Shown here: positions 14,105 through 25,232 of the stretch, piece after piece
How the letters are laid out: each line of letters opens with the position of its first letter
How positions within the stretch are numbered: the stretch's first letter is position 1
NCBI GenBank assembly: GCA_030704615.1
Contig: CM060732.1
Coordinates: 61,752,001 to 61,816,000, forward strand
Source: Takakia lepidozioides
Lineage: Eukaryota > Plantae > Bryophyta
DNA: 64,000 nt
Direction of reading: 5' to 3'
Notes under the pieces: generated by a model
What the model was told of the DNA's origin: nothing
The model's input: only the letters and a program-made list of their open reading frames with translations
Database searches by the model: none
Translations under genes and position numbers: made by a program

Positions 14105-14513
14105 TGTTAGAGGACTGTCTGGGACTTAGACACTTATACGAGATCTGTGGGGTACCCTTAATTTTTGCACAGACTGAGACCAACAGGAGCCTTAGGGGTG
14201 ATAACAGCGCACTTTAGAGGGGGGTTACACAGCCCGTCACAGCCAACACAGTCCGTCACAGTCCAACACAGCCGACACAGCCAGACACAGTCAACACAGC
14301 CCGTCACAGTCTGACACAGCCAGTCACAGCCCGACACAGCCGGTCACAGCCGTCACAGTTTCACACAGCCAGTCACAGTTTGACACAGCTGTCACGACCA
14401 TAGGGAACGGATAGCAGGACAGGGAACGACTGTGGGGAACAACACCTGCGAATGGAACATGTTAGTTTCCGCCTCGGATAGCGAAGGGATGGGTGAGTAA
14501 AAGCCGCGCGACA
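14105..14513 (+). mobile_element. Family B 3' LTR (copy B2), internally deleted; PPT at 14088-14104; ACAG array at 14228-14394
   Basis: GAGAGGGGAAGGGGTAA|TGTTAGAGG ... CCGCGCGACA. About 520 bp of unique LTR sequence is missing at an AGTT microhomology. Confidence 0.9.
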
Positions 14514-15872
14514 AACTCCCACCAGGTGTTGGCCCCTGAGCACTCCCTGCTATTGGCCCCACTATATTCACAGTATTCCCAACTCCACTTGCACTACTTC
14601 CCACACTCCTTGTCCCCCCCAGAGCCAGATCCAGGCAGCCTGCCTGATCCCCCTGAGCCGACACCTTTGTTGGCCTGTGATCCAAGTGCTCCACTTGATC
14701 CAGGTCCAACAGGTTGGGATGTCCTGGTCGTAGTCTCAACCTCAACTGTTGGGTCTACTTCTTCATACTCTTCATCTTCCAATTTCTTCTCTCTGTTTTC
14801 ATCTTCCAAGTTCTGCCCTTGGGTTTCTTCTTCTTCACTCATGTAACTCAATTGCAATGGTGTTGGAGAGTCTGAACTCTCCGTTGGCTCTGCCACATCC
14901 TCCCCTCCTTTTTTATCTTCCGCTTCAGAAACTGGAGTTCCTGCTTTTGGTGTTCCATGCCAACTCTTATCAAAGATTTCTGTCAAATCTTTTATCCAGG
15001 GATGTACCTCAGATCTCTCCCCTCGTGGCTGATCTTCTTCCTATACCAATTCCCCTAATCTTTCTTGTAAAGAATAAGAAGGAGTGGCATCCAACTCTAG
15101 TTCTTCCGGTATGGGTGATGTACTCTCTGATCTTAATGGTGTGAGAGGTCCAGATGATTCCCCTATGTCTATTCCTCTCTCCCAAAGATATGGATAATTA
15201 GCTTTCAGATAACTTTATCTTTTTGCTGAATATCTCTGGAGTCTAGCTTCTCTTTCATCACTCATGTCCCATGTCTTTCATATCTTTAATGAGGCAATAA
15301 CCAAAACTCTCTCCTGTAGTATCTCTCGTATATGCCCGGATTTCTTTCAAGCTTCAATGCACCCTTGGCTATACTAGAGGTCTCTGTTACCATATATCCA
15401 TATGGCAAGCACGTCTGAAAAGCTGTTCTTGGTGTCAGTTTGATCCACAAGATATCCTTAGGAATCCAATTTTTTACCAGTACAAGCTCTTCATGCATAT
15501 GAGTGTAAACATTCACTTTCCTTTCCTCCCAACCTTCGAACTCTACTCGCTTAATGGATAGCAATGCTATCATATAAACCAGTGTTGGTAACCAACATGC
15601 TCTCCCTCTACAGGCCACCTGATAAATCTTTATCACTCCTTTCTCCAGACCCCACTCAGGGTCAGCATCATGCACTCTCTTAAGAATGTTTTCTTTACAC
15701 CCTCTGGCAATTCCAAGAACCTCTGAAAGAATTGTTTGGACAATCTTTCCTTCTCAGTTCCACAGGGAATTTGATTCACATCAAATTCTTTAATTCTCCA
15801 ACCACCATGATCCCACCAGATGCCTGTCACATCTGATTGTTCATGACCCAGTTCCCCAGTATGGTCGCCTTT
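14514..15872 (-). pseudogene. Family B 5' internal region: tRNA-Arg-like PBS (15851-15870), extra 5' ORF (~15286-15850) and low-complexity ORF start (probably gag)
   Basis: AGGCGACCATACTGGGGAAC lies 2 nt after the LTR and resembles the complement of the plant tRNA-Arg(ACG) 3' end. ORF fragments at 15633-15850 and 15286-15675, then an acidic/Gly-rich ORF from 14986. Confidence 0.7.
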
Positions 15873-16842
15873 TGTCAAGCGGCTTTTACTCACCCATCCC
15901 TTCGCTATCCGAGGTGGAAACTCCAAGATAGAAGAGTTGGATATCTCTAAGCACTCAGCCCGCTCAGAACAATCAGTCATGACCTACAGCTAGTGTATCA
16001 TGGTTGTGCTTCCTATTTGTATTTCTTCTTGTCTTCATGTTAGCAAATTACCTTACTGTGTATACTGAAGCATCAGATTGCTTCAGTAACTACCAGATTC
16101 CATTTACTCATCCATTCATTTCACAACTTCACTCATGTCTCTCTACACAGTGTGTTTGTATCGAATAAGTATCAGATTAAGATTTATCAAGTATCAGGCC
16201 AATGCCATGGTGTCCCTAATCTGCTCTAGTGTATGATTTTGCAGCTTGCATGAATTAAGCATCGACCAAGTCATCTTCCCATCTTCGCTGTTTCCCGCTC
16301 TCCGCTTCATCTCTTCTCCCTCTCACCAAGTCACTCTCCCAAGAAGTGATCCCCTCCTCGTTGCTGCTCTGTCTCATCTACATGCAAGTTGTTCTAACCA
16401 CCTAACTAACTAACTGTCACCCCAAGAAGTAACACGTTTCCCCTGCAGATGTCGTTCCCACACAGTCGTTCCTTGCCAATGATAACCGTTCCCTTTGTAC
16501 GCTGTGACTAGCTGTGCCAAACTGTGTCGGGCTGTGACTGTGCCAAGCTGTGACTGGCTGTGTCGGACTGTGTCGGGCTGTGATTGGTTGTGTGAAACTG
16601 TGTGAAGCTATGTCGGGTTGTGTCGTGCTGTGTCTGACTGTGCGAAGCTGTGTCGAGCTGTGATAGACTGTGACGGGCTGTGGCTGGCTGTGTGAGGCTG
16701 TGTACCCACCCCTCCTAAAGCCTGCGCCTGTCACCCCTAAGGCCTTTGTTGGTCTAAGTCTACCATCCGTAAGTCTGCGCAAAAATTAAGGGTACCCCAC
16801 AAAACCCATAAAAGTGTCTAAGTCCCAGACAACCCTCTAACA
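15873..16842 (-). mobile_element. Family B 5' LTR; ACAG array at ~16500-16705
   Basis: Minus strand TGTTAGAGGG...CCGCTTGACA, followed by the PBS and with no PPT before it. Confidence 0.9.
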
Positions 16843-17270
16843 CCTTCCGATTTCGGACGCCTCAAAGGTTCCGGGTTCCTTAGGCTTCACCTTAAATTTT
16901 GCCTTAGTGGAAGTGACATTAGCGGCCTTCAACATGTCTTTCAACGTCCCGCCAAACTGCGCCAACAACCCTTCCCAAAAGGCTGCTGGCATGGGAGGCA
17001 TCTGTTGGTCTGTCGGGGCTCTCAGGAATTCCTCGGGCTCCGACTCCTCAGATTCCTCCCGTCCTTGAGTGGCCTCACTTTCAAAAGCATGCATCGCTTC
17101 CTCAAATGGCCGCTTCGGTGACACGTCGCCCCCATCGGGCTCACCAAGATCATCGTCTTTCGGGCCATTCGTCTTTCGGGCCATTCCGCTTTCGCTTTGG
17201 CTTGCCCGACCCCATGATGAGGCCGATCTCAAGGACGATCGCATACTGAACTCTAAGCTCTGATACCAAG
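16843..17270 (-). pseudogene. Element A PBS (tRNA-iMet, 17257-17268) and gag N-terminus
   Basis: TGGTATCAGAGC on the minus strand. The ORF ends KFKVKPKEPGTFE and continues at 2772. Confidence 0.88.
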
Positions 17271-17965
17271 TGTCACGCACCTCACTTTGGTAAGCTCCCC
17301 TTCAAGTCATAGTTATTCGCTTTGATGCGCGCGCCTAACTCCCAACCTGGCCGCCGGGCCAACTCGGAGCTTCAGCTGCTCACCGAGACATAACGGTCCC
17401 CCTTTACTCTTCCAAGGAACCCTCCACCAATTTGGGCCTAGTGGAAATTCCCCTTAGTAGATGGCAGTCCGGAATAGCTCCCGACTCCTTGGTCGCTTTC
17501 CGGCTCGCTCGCTTACTCACTAGTTTTTGGTCGCCAACGGGCTTGCACCGTTCTCGGGGTTACTACTCCCTATATATACTTCTGTAACTGTCCGCGGCGG
17601 TTCCACAAACAACACCATCCTTTTATGGCGAACCACCACGAAGACCCTCGATTCCCGGTGATGAGTCACGGTGAGTCTTGGCCCACCCACCACGGCCCCA
17701 TTGGACCGTGATGAGTCCCAAGACTCCCCACGATTCCCACCACAAGGTCTCCGCCCCATGGTGAGTCCTATGCCACCCCCACTAAGTCCCGCTAAGCTAC
17801 TACCACCCCTCGTGGAACCACCCCCACCACCACCCGATGTGCGGGGCTCCACCAAAGCACTCAAGGGTGCTTCAGCCCCCGCATCTATTGTTGCCACCGC
17901 CCCCACCACAAGGGCAGCCCCTCTCGTGTCCCGATCCCCTGCCCGCAAGGCAAAGGGCCGCGACA
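17271..17965 (-). mobile_element. Element A 5' LTR
   Basis: TGTC...GACA termini, TATA-like TATATA at ~17571-17578, adjacent PBS. Copia sequence resumes after 17965. Confidence 0.85.
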
Positions 17966-20900
17966 GTCAACTTCTATTGAGTACCACGGTAGCAACATTA
18001 GTGCTGATGTTGAGAAGTCTAACGAGAGGATGCAGCCTGTATCGGTTCCAAGAACGATAGGGAATATGAAGTTGTGGCATCAACGTTTCTGCCACATAAA
18101 CACAAGATCAATCAAGAAGACAATGCCCTTAGTAAAGGGATTGATCATCACTGGAAATGACATGGACAACGATCTTTGTCCAGGGTGCATATACGGTAAG
18201 CAGCACTGTTCCAGTTTCCATGCGCAAGAAGATAAAGAAAGATCACATGACCCTGGATCATTCTTTCACGCTGATCTTTGTGGACCAATGAGCGAGGACT
18301 CTTTGGGAGGAATGAAGTATTACATCTTGTTCAAAGATGATCGGAGTGGATATATGTATGTCTTCTACCTAAAGTGCAAATCAGAAGCATTTGCGTGCTA
18401 CAAGGAGCTTGAGCATGAGATCCAGACAGAGATGCAAACAAGAACTACTAAATTCAGAACTGATCGGGGAGGATAATTCATTGGCCAAGAGTTTCAGGAG
18501 TACCTAAAAAACAAAGGGGTCAAACATTAATTATCTGCTCCGTATAAACCCGAGCAGAATGGTTATATTGAATGGGAGAATAGGACGATCATGCAGGAAG
18601 CCGTTAGGAGTCTACTTTACTCAAGAAACTTGCATAAATCCCTTTGGGCAGAAGCAATTTCTACGGTTGTTCATGTTTTTGAACAGATCATTGAACAAGT
18701 GGTTGGGTGATAAGACCCCAGAAAGAGAAGACTCCGGCCGAGGCCGGCATAACTAAGAGCCACTTTGCCTTACGGCTACTGCCCCCTTTGGGGGGTGGGC
18801 CTGATACAATTATCAATAAGATCCCATTTGAAGTTGTTCATAAGCAGCAACCAGATGTGTCATACTTTAGAACATTCGGATGCGTGGCATACAAACATGT
18901 CCCCAAGCAACTTCGTAAGAAGTTAGATCCCAAGAGTGATAAGATGTTGTTTGTGGGATATAGTCGTGAGGGTGAATCCTTTCGGCTTTGGATTCCTAGT
19001 ACACTAAAAGAATTCATACAAGTACTGATGTGCTATTCGATGACTCTTTTGAGGGAGAATCATGCCAAGATCTTCCCCAAACAGCACATGATCAATTCGT
19101 GGTGTTTCCGACTGGAGAAGGATACGGAAATGTTTCAAAACCAAATGAAGTAGCTGACTCAGGCTCAACGAGTTCTCAGAATGATCAGGGTATTATGGTA
19201 GAGGCCATGAATGCCTCCCCCTCAACAAGTTCTCATAACGATCAGGGTATTATGGTAGAGGCTAGGAATGCTTCCCCAGCAGAAGAAATTTATACTACTT
19301 CTGATGAGCAAGAAGAAGTGTTGCAAGGTCCAAGACTTCGGAAGCAGTTTATTTGGTGAGTGGGACATGTCTTATATGTCCACTACACGAAAGCATTCCA
19401 AATCCAAAGACTATCTTGCGTATGATGAAGAGATAGTGGTTGAGCCACTCTCATACAAGGAAGCAGTAGTCTCTAAGCAAGCAGAAGCATGGAAGACAAC
19501 TATGCAAGAAGAACTAGATTCACTAATTTTCAACGACACATGGGAGTTAAAGATGCTGCCAGGGGACGTAAGGTGATGAAATGCAAATGGGTATTCAAGA
19601 TAAAATACAAGCCAAACGGTTCTATCGAACGTTATAAGGCTAGACTTGTGATCAAGGGCTATTCGCAAAAAGCTGGTATTGATTTCGGTGAGACGTATTC
19701 TCCTGTTATACGACATGATTCCATACGAACCATTTTTGCTATAGCTGCATCTCAAGATATGGAAATGGAATAGTTCAACGTCAAGACAACGTTCTTGAAC
19801 GAAGATTTTGCTGAGGTCATTTTTATGCAGCAACCAGAAGGTTTTATCGATGAAGAAAGGAAAGATCATGTTTGCTTGTTAAAGAAAAGCCTAGATATAT
19901 GGTTTGCGTCAAGCAGCTCGCCAATGGAATAAGAAATTCCACGGGTTCTTGGTGTGATATAACCTGGTTTACAACAGTGTTGATCCTTGTGTTTACATTG
20001 CAAGACACACCAACGGATAAGTTGAGACTATTCTTGCAATCTGGGTTGATGATGGCATATCATGTTCCGTGGATGGCCAGAAGCTCAATGACAAGCTCAA
20101 TCTCATGCAATTTTTCCAGATTGTCAAAGGTGATATAGGCTACTATGTGGGGCTCGAAATCTGCAGAGACCGACTCACAAGAATGATTTTCTTGTCACAA
20201 AATCGTTATGTTGGAGAGGTCATTAAACGATTCAACATGCAAGATTCACATCCTGTAAGCACCCCGACAGACCCGCATGTACATTTAAGTTTATCTGCAG
20301 CAGATTCCGATGAGGAAGAAATTGGTGTACCATACAAAGAAGCCATTGGTTGTCTCATGTTTGCATCTATGATGACAAGACCAGATATTACTTATGTTGT
20401 AAACAATGCCGTCAAATATTCTCACAAACCACAGGAAATCCACTGGACTGCAGTCAAGCGGATAAGGCTTTTGTGATGCTGATTATGCTGGCGACCCTAA
20501 TACTCGATTGTCTCAAACTGGTTATGTTTTTCTTTTGGGAGCAACACTGATTACATGGAGCAGTCACAATCAAAGGTGCATTGCCATCTCCACAACGGAA
20601 GCAGAATACATAGCTACATGTGGTGCAACTAAGCACACAATCTGGCTGCGTAGGTTCTTGGGAGAAGTTGGTGTTCCACAGCTGAAACCGACCATTCTTC
20701 ATGGAGATAACCAAAGTGCTATTAAACTGATCAAAAATCCTGAACAAAGAGGGAAGCGAACGAAGCACGTTGATGCTCAGTATCACTTTGTGCGAGAAAA
20801 ATACCGAAACCAGGAGATAACAATCACCTATGTTCATACCAGTCAGCAAGTCGCTGACATCATGACAAAGACACTTCCTCGAGAGAAGTTTTGCCTCTTG

Positions 20901-21511
20901 AGAAAGATGATGGGTATGATATCGGGCACAATTTTCTCTGCAAATGATGACGTCTTTGAACCAGTGGGAGAATTTTGATCACAGTCGGTGATATCTCACA
21001 AAGTAGTGGGAGAGTTCATTTGAATTTCTTGTTTGTGTGTTAGTGCAAATAGTGGGAGAGTTTTTTTTTTAAATTTCTCTTTGTCTGAGTGTTAGTGCAA
21101 GCAGTGGAAGAGTTTTTGAATTTCTTGTTTGTGTGGTAGAGCACGATGTACGTGCGGGTAAAGCAACCTATCTATAATAAATGGGAGAATCTATGGAGCA
21201 ATCTGTATGTATGTTTTAGTGCACGAGTGGGAGTGTTGGACCAACTGAGCTTACAGTCACTGAAACATACTTAATCATAGGACACTTGTCACAATCGAGT
21301 GCACAGGCCACTCCCGCCTAGGCTCAGTTAGATGATTCAAATTGGATCTACTTAATCGTCTCTTGTTTTGTACTACTATCGATTTTATTCTGTTGACTAG
21401 TGTAGTGGTTCGAGGCAATGCATGAGCATCCTCTTGTTGTAAGCACTTTAGTGAGCATTATATCATTAGATTATCTTTGTGTTATTGTATTCTTTCTACT
21501 GTGCATCAACA
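17966..21511 (+). mobile_element. Ty1/Copia element (GAG-pre-integrase, integrase, RT, RNase H; decayed) with 3' LTR at 21234-21511
   Basis: LWHQRFCH, HADLCGPM, FRTDRGG, KCKWVFKIK...RYKARLV, YKEAIGCLMF, DNQSAI, TKHVDAQYHFVRE. PPT GAGTGGGAG precedes TGTTGG...TCAACA. Confidence 0.93.
18721..18815 (-). mobile_element. 95-bp insertion corresponding to the 3' end of the RandI/Dualen-like LINE family
   Basis: TSD ATAAGACCCCA/ATAAGATCCCA (18710-18720, 18816-18826). Removing it restores the Copia sequence GDKTPFE. Homologous to 24758-24836. Confidence 0.85.
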
Positions 21512-21889
21512 CAATGCACGCTTGAGATGAACAAAAGAAATATGAGGGATTGAAAAATTACAAAGAGCTCGATCTTCCCAACACTCATAGTGCGTAGACT
21601 TGTTGTCTATCTATTATGCTAATCTCTACAGTGCGTGCATTGAGCTTGTGAAGCAGCTCGTTATATTGCTAACATCCACCGGTGATTACTAATGGCACCG
21701 TTCTACTTATTATATATATATAGATGTAGGTGGCTCTGCTGATTTATGAAGATAAACACTATCTAGATAAGGTCATGAAGATAAAGATTGACGTCGAGCA
21801 AGAATGAGCTATACAGAGAAGAATATTGTGATCTAGCTATTTTTAATAAAGGCCACAACTTCATATTGAAAAGAAGAATGTTGCATGAG

Positions 21890-22680
21890 GTTCGACAAAT
21901 GATATAATGATTTTGTTGCTAGATCTTTGGGAGGAGAAATACTTGGATCACAAGCGTGGACCTTTGAGAGCAAAAGATTAGACATACATTGCTGACAGAT
22001 TTAGTGCAGGGTTTCCTAATGCGCCCCATCGTTCTTGGAAGCAATGTCGTGACAAGGTGGACAAGCTTAAGGATGTGTATCAAGAAGAAAAACAAAAATG
22101 TGATGCAACAGGTGCTCTTCATTCCGAGTGGCCATGGTACGAAAAATTTGATGGTAATCTCGGAGGCACGACAAAGGTGAATGGGATTCCTTGAGGTATT
22201 GACCAGGGAGAGCGCAACAATCCTCCCCAAATCATTAAACTTGATGATGTTGCATTCATGTCAGATACACAATTTGATAATGTCTCGTTCAGCCGTCTAC
22301 GATAGGCTGTTGTATTTGATGGAAGCACTACTTCTAGAACCATGGTATGATGGCAGGCATCACATCCGGCCATCCTTCCGCTGCACCTGTCACTCCTAAG
22401 ACGACAGCTTACAAGTTGTCAGGTGTGCAAGGTCGTCCAAATTAAAAAAAATGACGTTTGTTTGGAGGTTCTACTGCCATTGCAAGTGTCATCAAAGAGT
22501 TTGGTGAGGGGATCAAAGAAATGGAGACGCTAAACATGACGATGACCGAGAGAATCACTTCGCAGATTCTTCAAAGCGAGCAAACAGGTTGACAATGTAA
22601 ACCCGGCTTCAGATAGCCGCTCTATTTGCGAATGCATTAAAACCAAATGATGGTGCGGGTGCATATTCTGTGGGTGGTAG
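21890..22680 (+). pseudogene. PIF/Harbinger Myb/SANT-like (trihelix) DNA-binding ORF, decayed
   Basis: Bridged frames give DLWEEKY...RSWKQCRDKVDKLKD...EWPWYEKFD. Confidence 0.7.
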
Positions 22681-23179
22681 CACTTGATTTGCTTAATCGG
22701 TGTGGTTCATGATAATGTTTAGTGACACGTGATACAAACATAAAGACAATGAAACTCTCCAGGTTCTTTTTATCAATTTGACTTTGTTTTAGAACTTAGC
22801 TTGTACATCTTTGACAACTGATCAAACATTGTGTAAGTACAATAGGGCTTTGAAAAACTAGTAGGATTTCCCAGCTTAGGCACCTTGGCCAGTGAACACT
22901 CGTGCAAGACACTGACAGACGAACCTCTTGATCCTATACGGGCCAACAAAAAATCGAGCTAAAGAAACCACCAAATGAATACAATACTGGACCTCGGGTG
23001 CGCACTTCGGCAGCAGATCCCCGTGCTTCTTCTGCAGCTTGAGGATTTGGGCAATACAATCCTCAGGCTCCTCGAAGTGCACGACCCGGTTCCGTTGGTT
23101 GCAAAGGCCATTAAAGAGCCTAAGCGAATCCTCATCATTGTGCACTCTTGCGTCCCGATGTACTCTGAAAAAGTCAGAG

Positions 23180-24290
23180 TCAATTTAAGCAAACTAGAAG
23201 AAGTTATGACTGAAAATCTAAGGGAAATGAAGATGTACTCGTTTTCCCTTCATAATGTGACATTCTTGCACATTTTGGTCTGTAGGATCTTGTAAACTCA
23301 TGTTGTGTGAATGTGCGATAGGATGTTGGAAAGCTAGAAAAATTTCCCACTTTGTATCTTTGTTTCACATCAATTGAAGCAAACTACAATAAGTTATAAC
23401 AAAAAATCTGAGTTTAATGAAGATGCATGTATTTTTCCTTGATAATTTGACCTTCTTGCACATTTTGGCCTGTAAAATTTTGTGAGGTCATCTGTGTGGA
23501 TGTGCAATAGGGTGTTGAAAAGCTAACAAGATTTCCCAGCTCTATCTTTAATTCATTTCAATAGCGAACTACAAGAAGTTATGACAGAAAATTTGAGGTC
23601 GAGGAAGATGTATTTATTTTTCCTTCACAATGTGACCTTCTTGCACATTTTGGTTTGTAGAATATTGTGAGGTCATGTTGTGTGGATGTGTAGTAGGCCG
23701 TTGGAAAGCTAGCAAGATTTCCCAACTTTGTGTCGTAATTTAACCTCAATTGAAGCAAACTTTAAGAAGTTATGACTGAAAATTTGAGGTCCAATAAGAT
23801 GTACTTATTTTTATTTCACAAATATGTGACATTCTTGCACATTTGGGATTTAGAATGTTGTGAGCTCATGTTGTGTGGATGTGCAATAAGGTGTTGGAAA
23901 GCTAGCAAGATTTCCCAAATTTGTGTCTTGGTTTTTCAACATTCGAAACAATTGAAAGAAAGTTAGCTCACGCCCTCCGAGGGCAATGTAGCTAAATATG
24001 TTTTTCATGCCAATTGGACCTAATTTGGCCTTCAATTTCTTGTGGGCTCATGTTGTATGAATGTGTAATAGTTTTTTGGAAAGCTAGAAGATTCATTTTT
24101 TAACTGAATTTTGATTTCATATCAATCCACCAAAAAGAAAAAAAATTATTTGACAAAATATGAGAGCAATGTAACTAAATGTGTTTGCAATTTGACCTCC
24201 TTGCATGGCTTATAGATTATTGCGGGCTCATATTATATGAGTGTGCAGTAGGTTTTTTTTGGAAAGCTTCAAGGTCTCATAATTGAAGTC
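23180..24290. repeat. ~187-190 bp degenerate tandem repeat, ~6 copies
   Basis: GAAGTTATGAC...TTCTTGCACATTTTGG...TCATGTTGTGTGGATGTG...GGAAAGCTAG recurs near 23200, 23390, 23576 and 23767, then decays. Confidence 0.85.
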
Positions 24291-24757
24291 ATAGAAAATG
24301 TGTATGTGAGCTATTCAATTTATTTTATTCACGTGGGTTGTCGATCAACAATTATGTGTATAGTTTCTCTCTCATTCTTTCGTCTCCTACTTTTGCCGCT
24401 TCACCTTCTCTTAGGATGAACAATGTAGCTCCACCAAAACCTGCCAAATTGTCTCTAATTTTACCATTCCTAGGCTTAGGCATCCCCACATCTAACAATA
24501 TTTGTGCAACACATAGCACGCCATTGTCACTCTACTTGCTCTATCAACCCTAAAATTCAAACATTTCAAAATGTGTCAACGATTTTTCAAAGATGCAAAT
24601 GCATTCTCAATCACAACTCTCCCACTATTTATGCTAGAATCAAAACGCCGCTTGTCTATTTCTTTAGGGTTTCGTGGCTTGTAGTTCTTCATCAAGTATG
24701 TTCAGATGAGGTAAACAGAATCGTCAATGAAGTATGGTGTAAGTCTCATCCCCTCAG

Positions 24758-25201
24758 AGAGAGAGAGATGACGCCGACCGACAAAACTAAGAGCCACTTC
24801 GTCTTGCGGCTATGACTGCCCCCTTTCGAGGGTGGGACATATGAAAACTAGAGGGTGCCCGGAGGGCACCCACACTATAGCAAATGGGGGGGGGGGGGTT
24901 TGCGACGCCAACCGCGCCACCACGCCCCGCGCGACGCCGAGCCCGTGGCGTTTTTTTGCGACGCCCCGGCGTCGCAATCCCCCGCTACGACACCATTATG
25001 ACACCCAGCCGTCGTAAGGTGGCATGAAGGGGGAAAAAGGGCCCCTGCGACGGATTGTTTTTCTTGCAACGTCCCGACGTCGGAATTATTATTATTATTA
25101 TTATTATTTGACGTTGCGACGCCTCGGCGTCGCAAAAGCGTCACTAAGGGCGCCCCAGCGCCTCTGCGACGCTGGGCGTCGCAACAGCATCACCATAGTG
25201 G

Positions 25202-25232
<31 letters not shown>

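Noticed and set aside
222-16842. Programmed frameshifting in the retroelement ORFs
   Set aside because: Indels are dense and differ between the two copies of the accessory ORF, consistent with decay or consensus errors.
17520-18060. Pro/Gly-rich ORFs
   Set aside because: They lie within element A's GC-rich LTR.
18721-18815. Known ribozyme (hammerhead, twister, pistol, HDV)
   Set aside because: No CUGAnGA/GAAA core or other consensus recognisable by eye; retained only as an unclassified structured motif.
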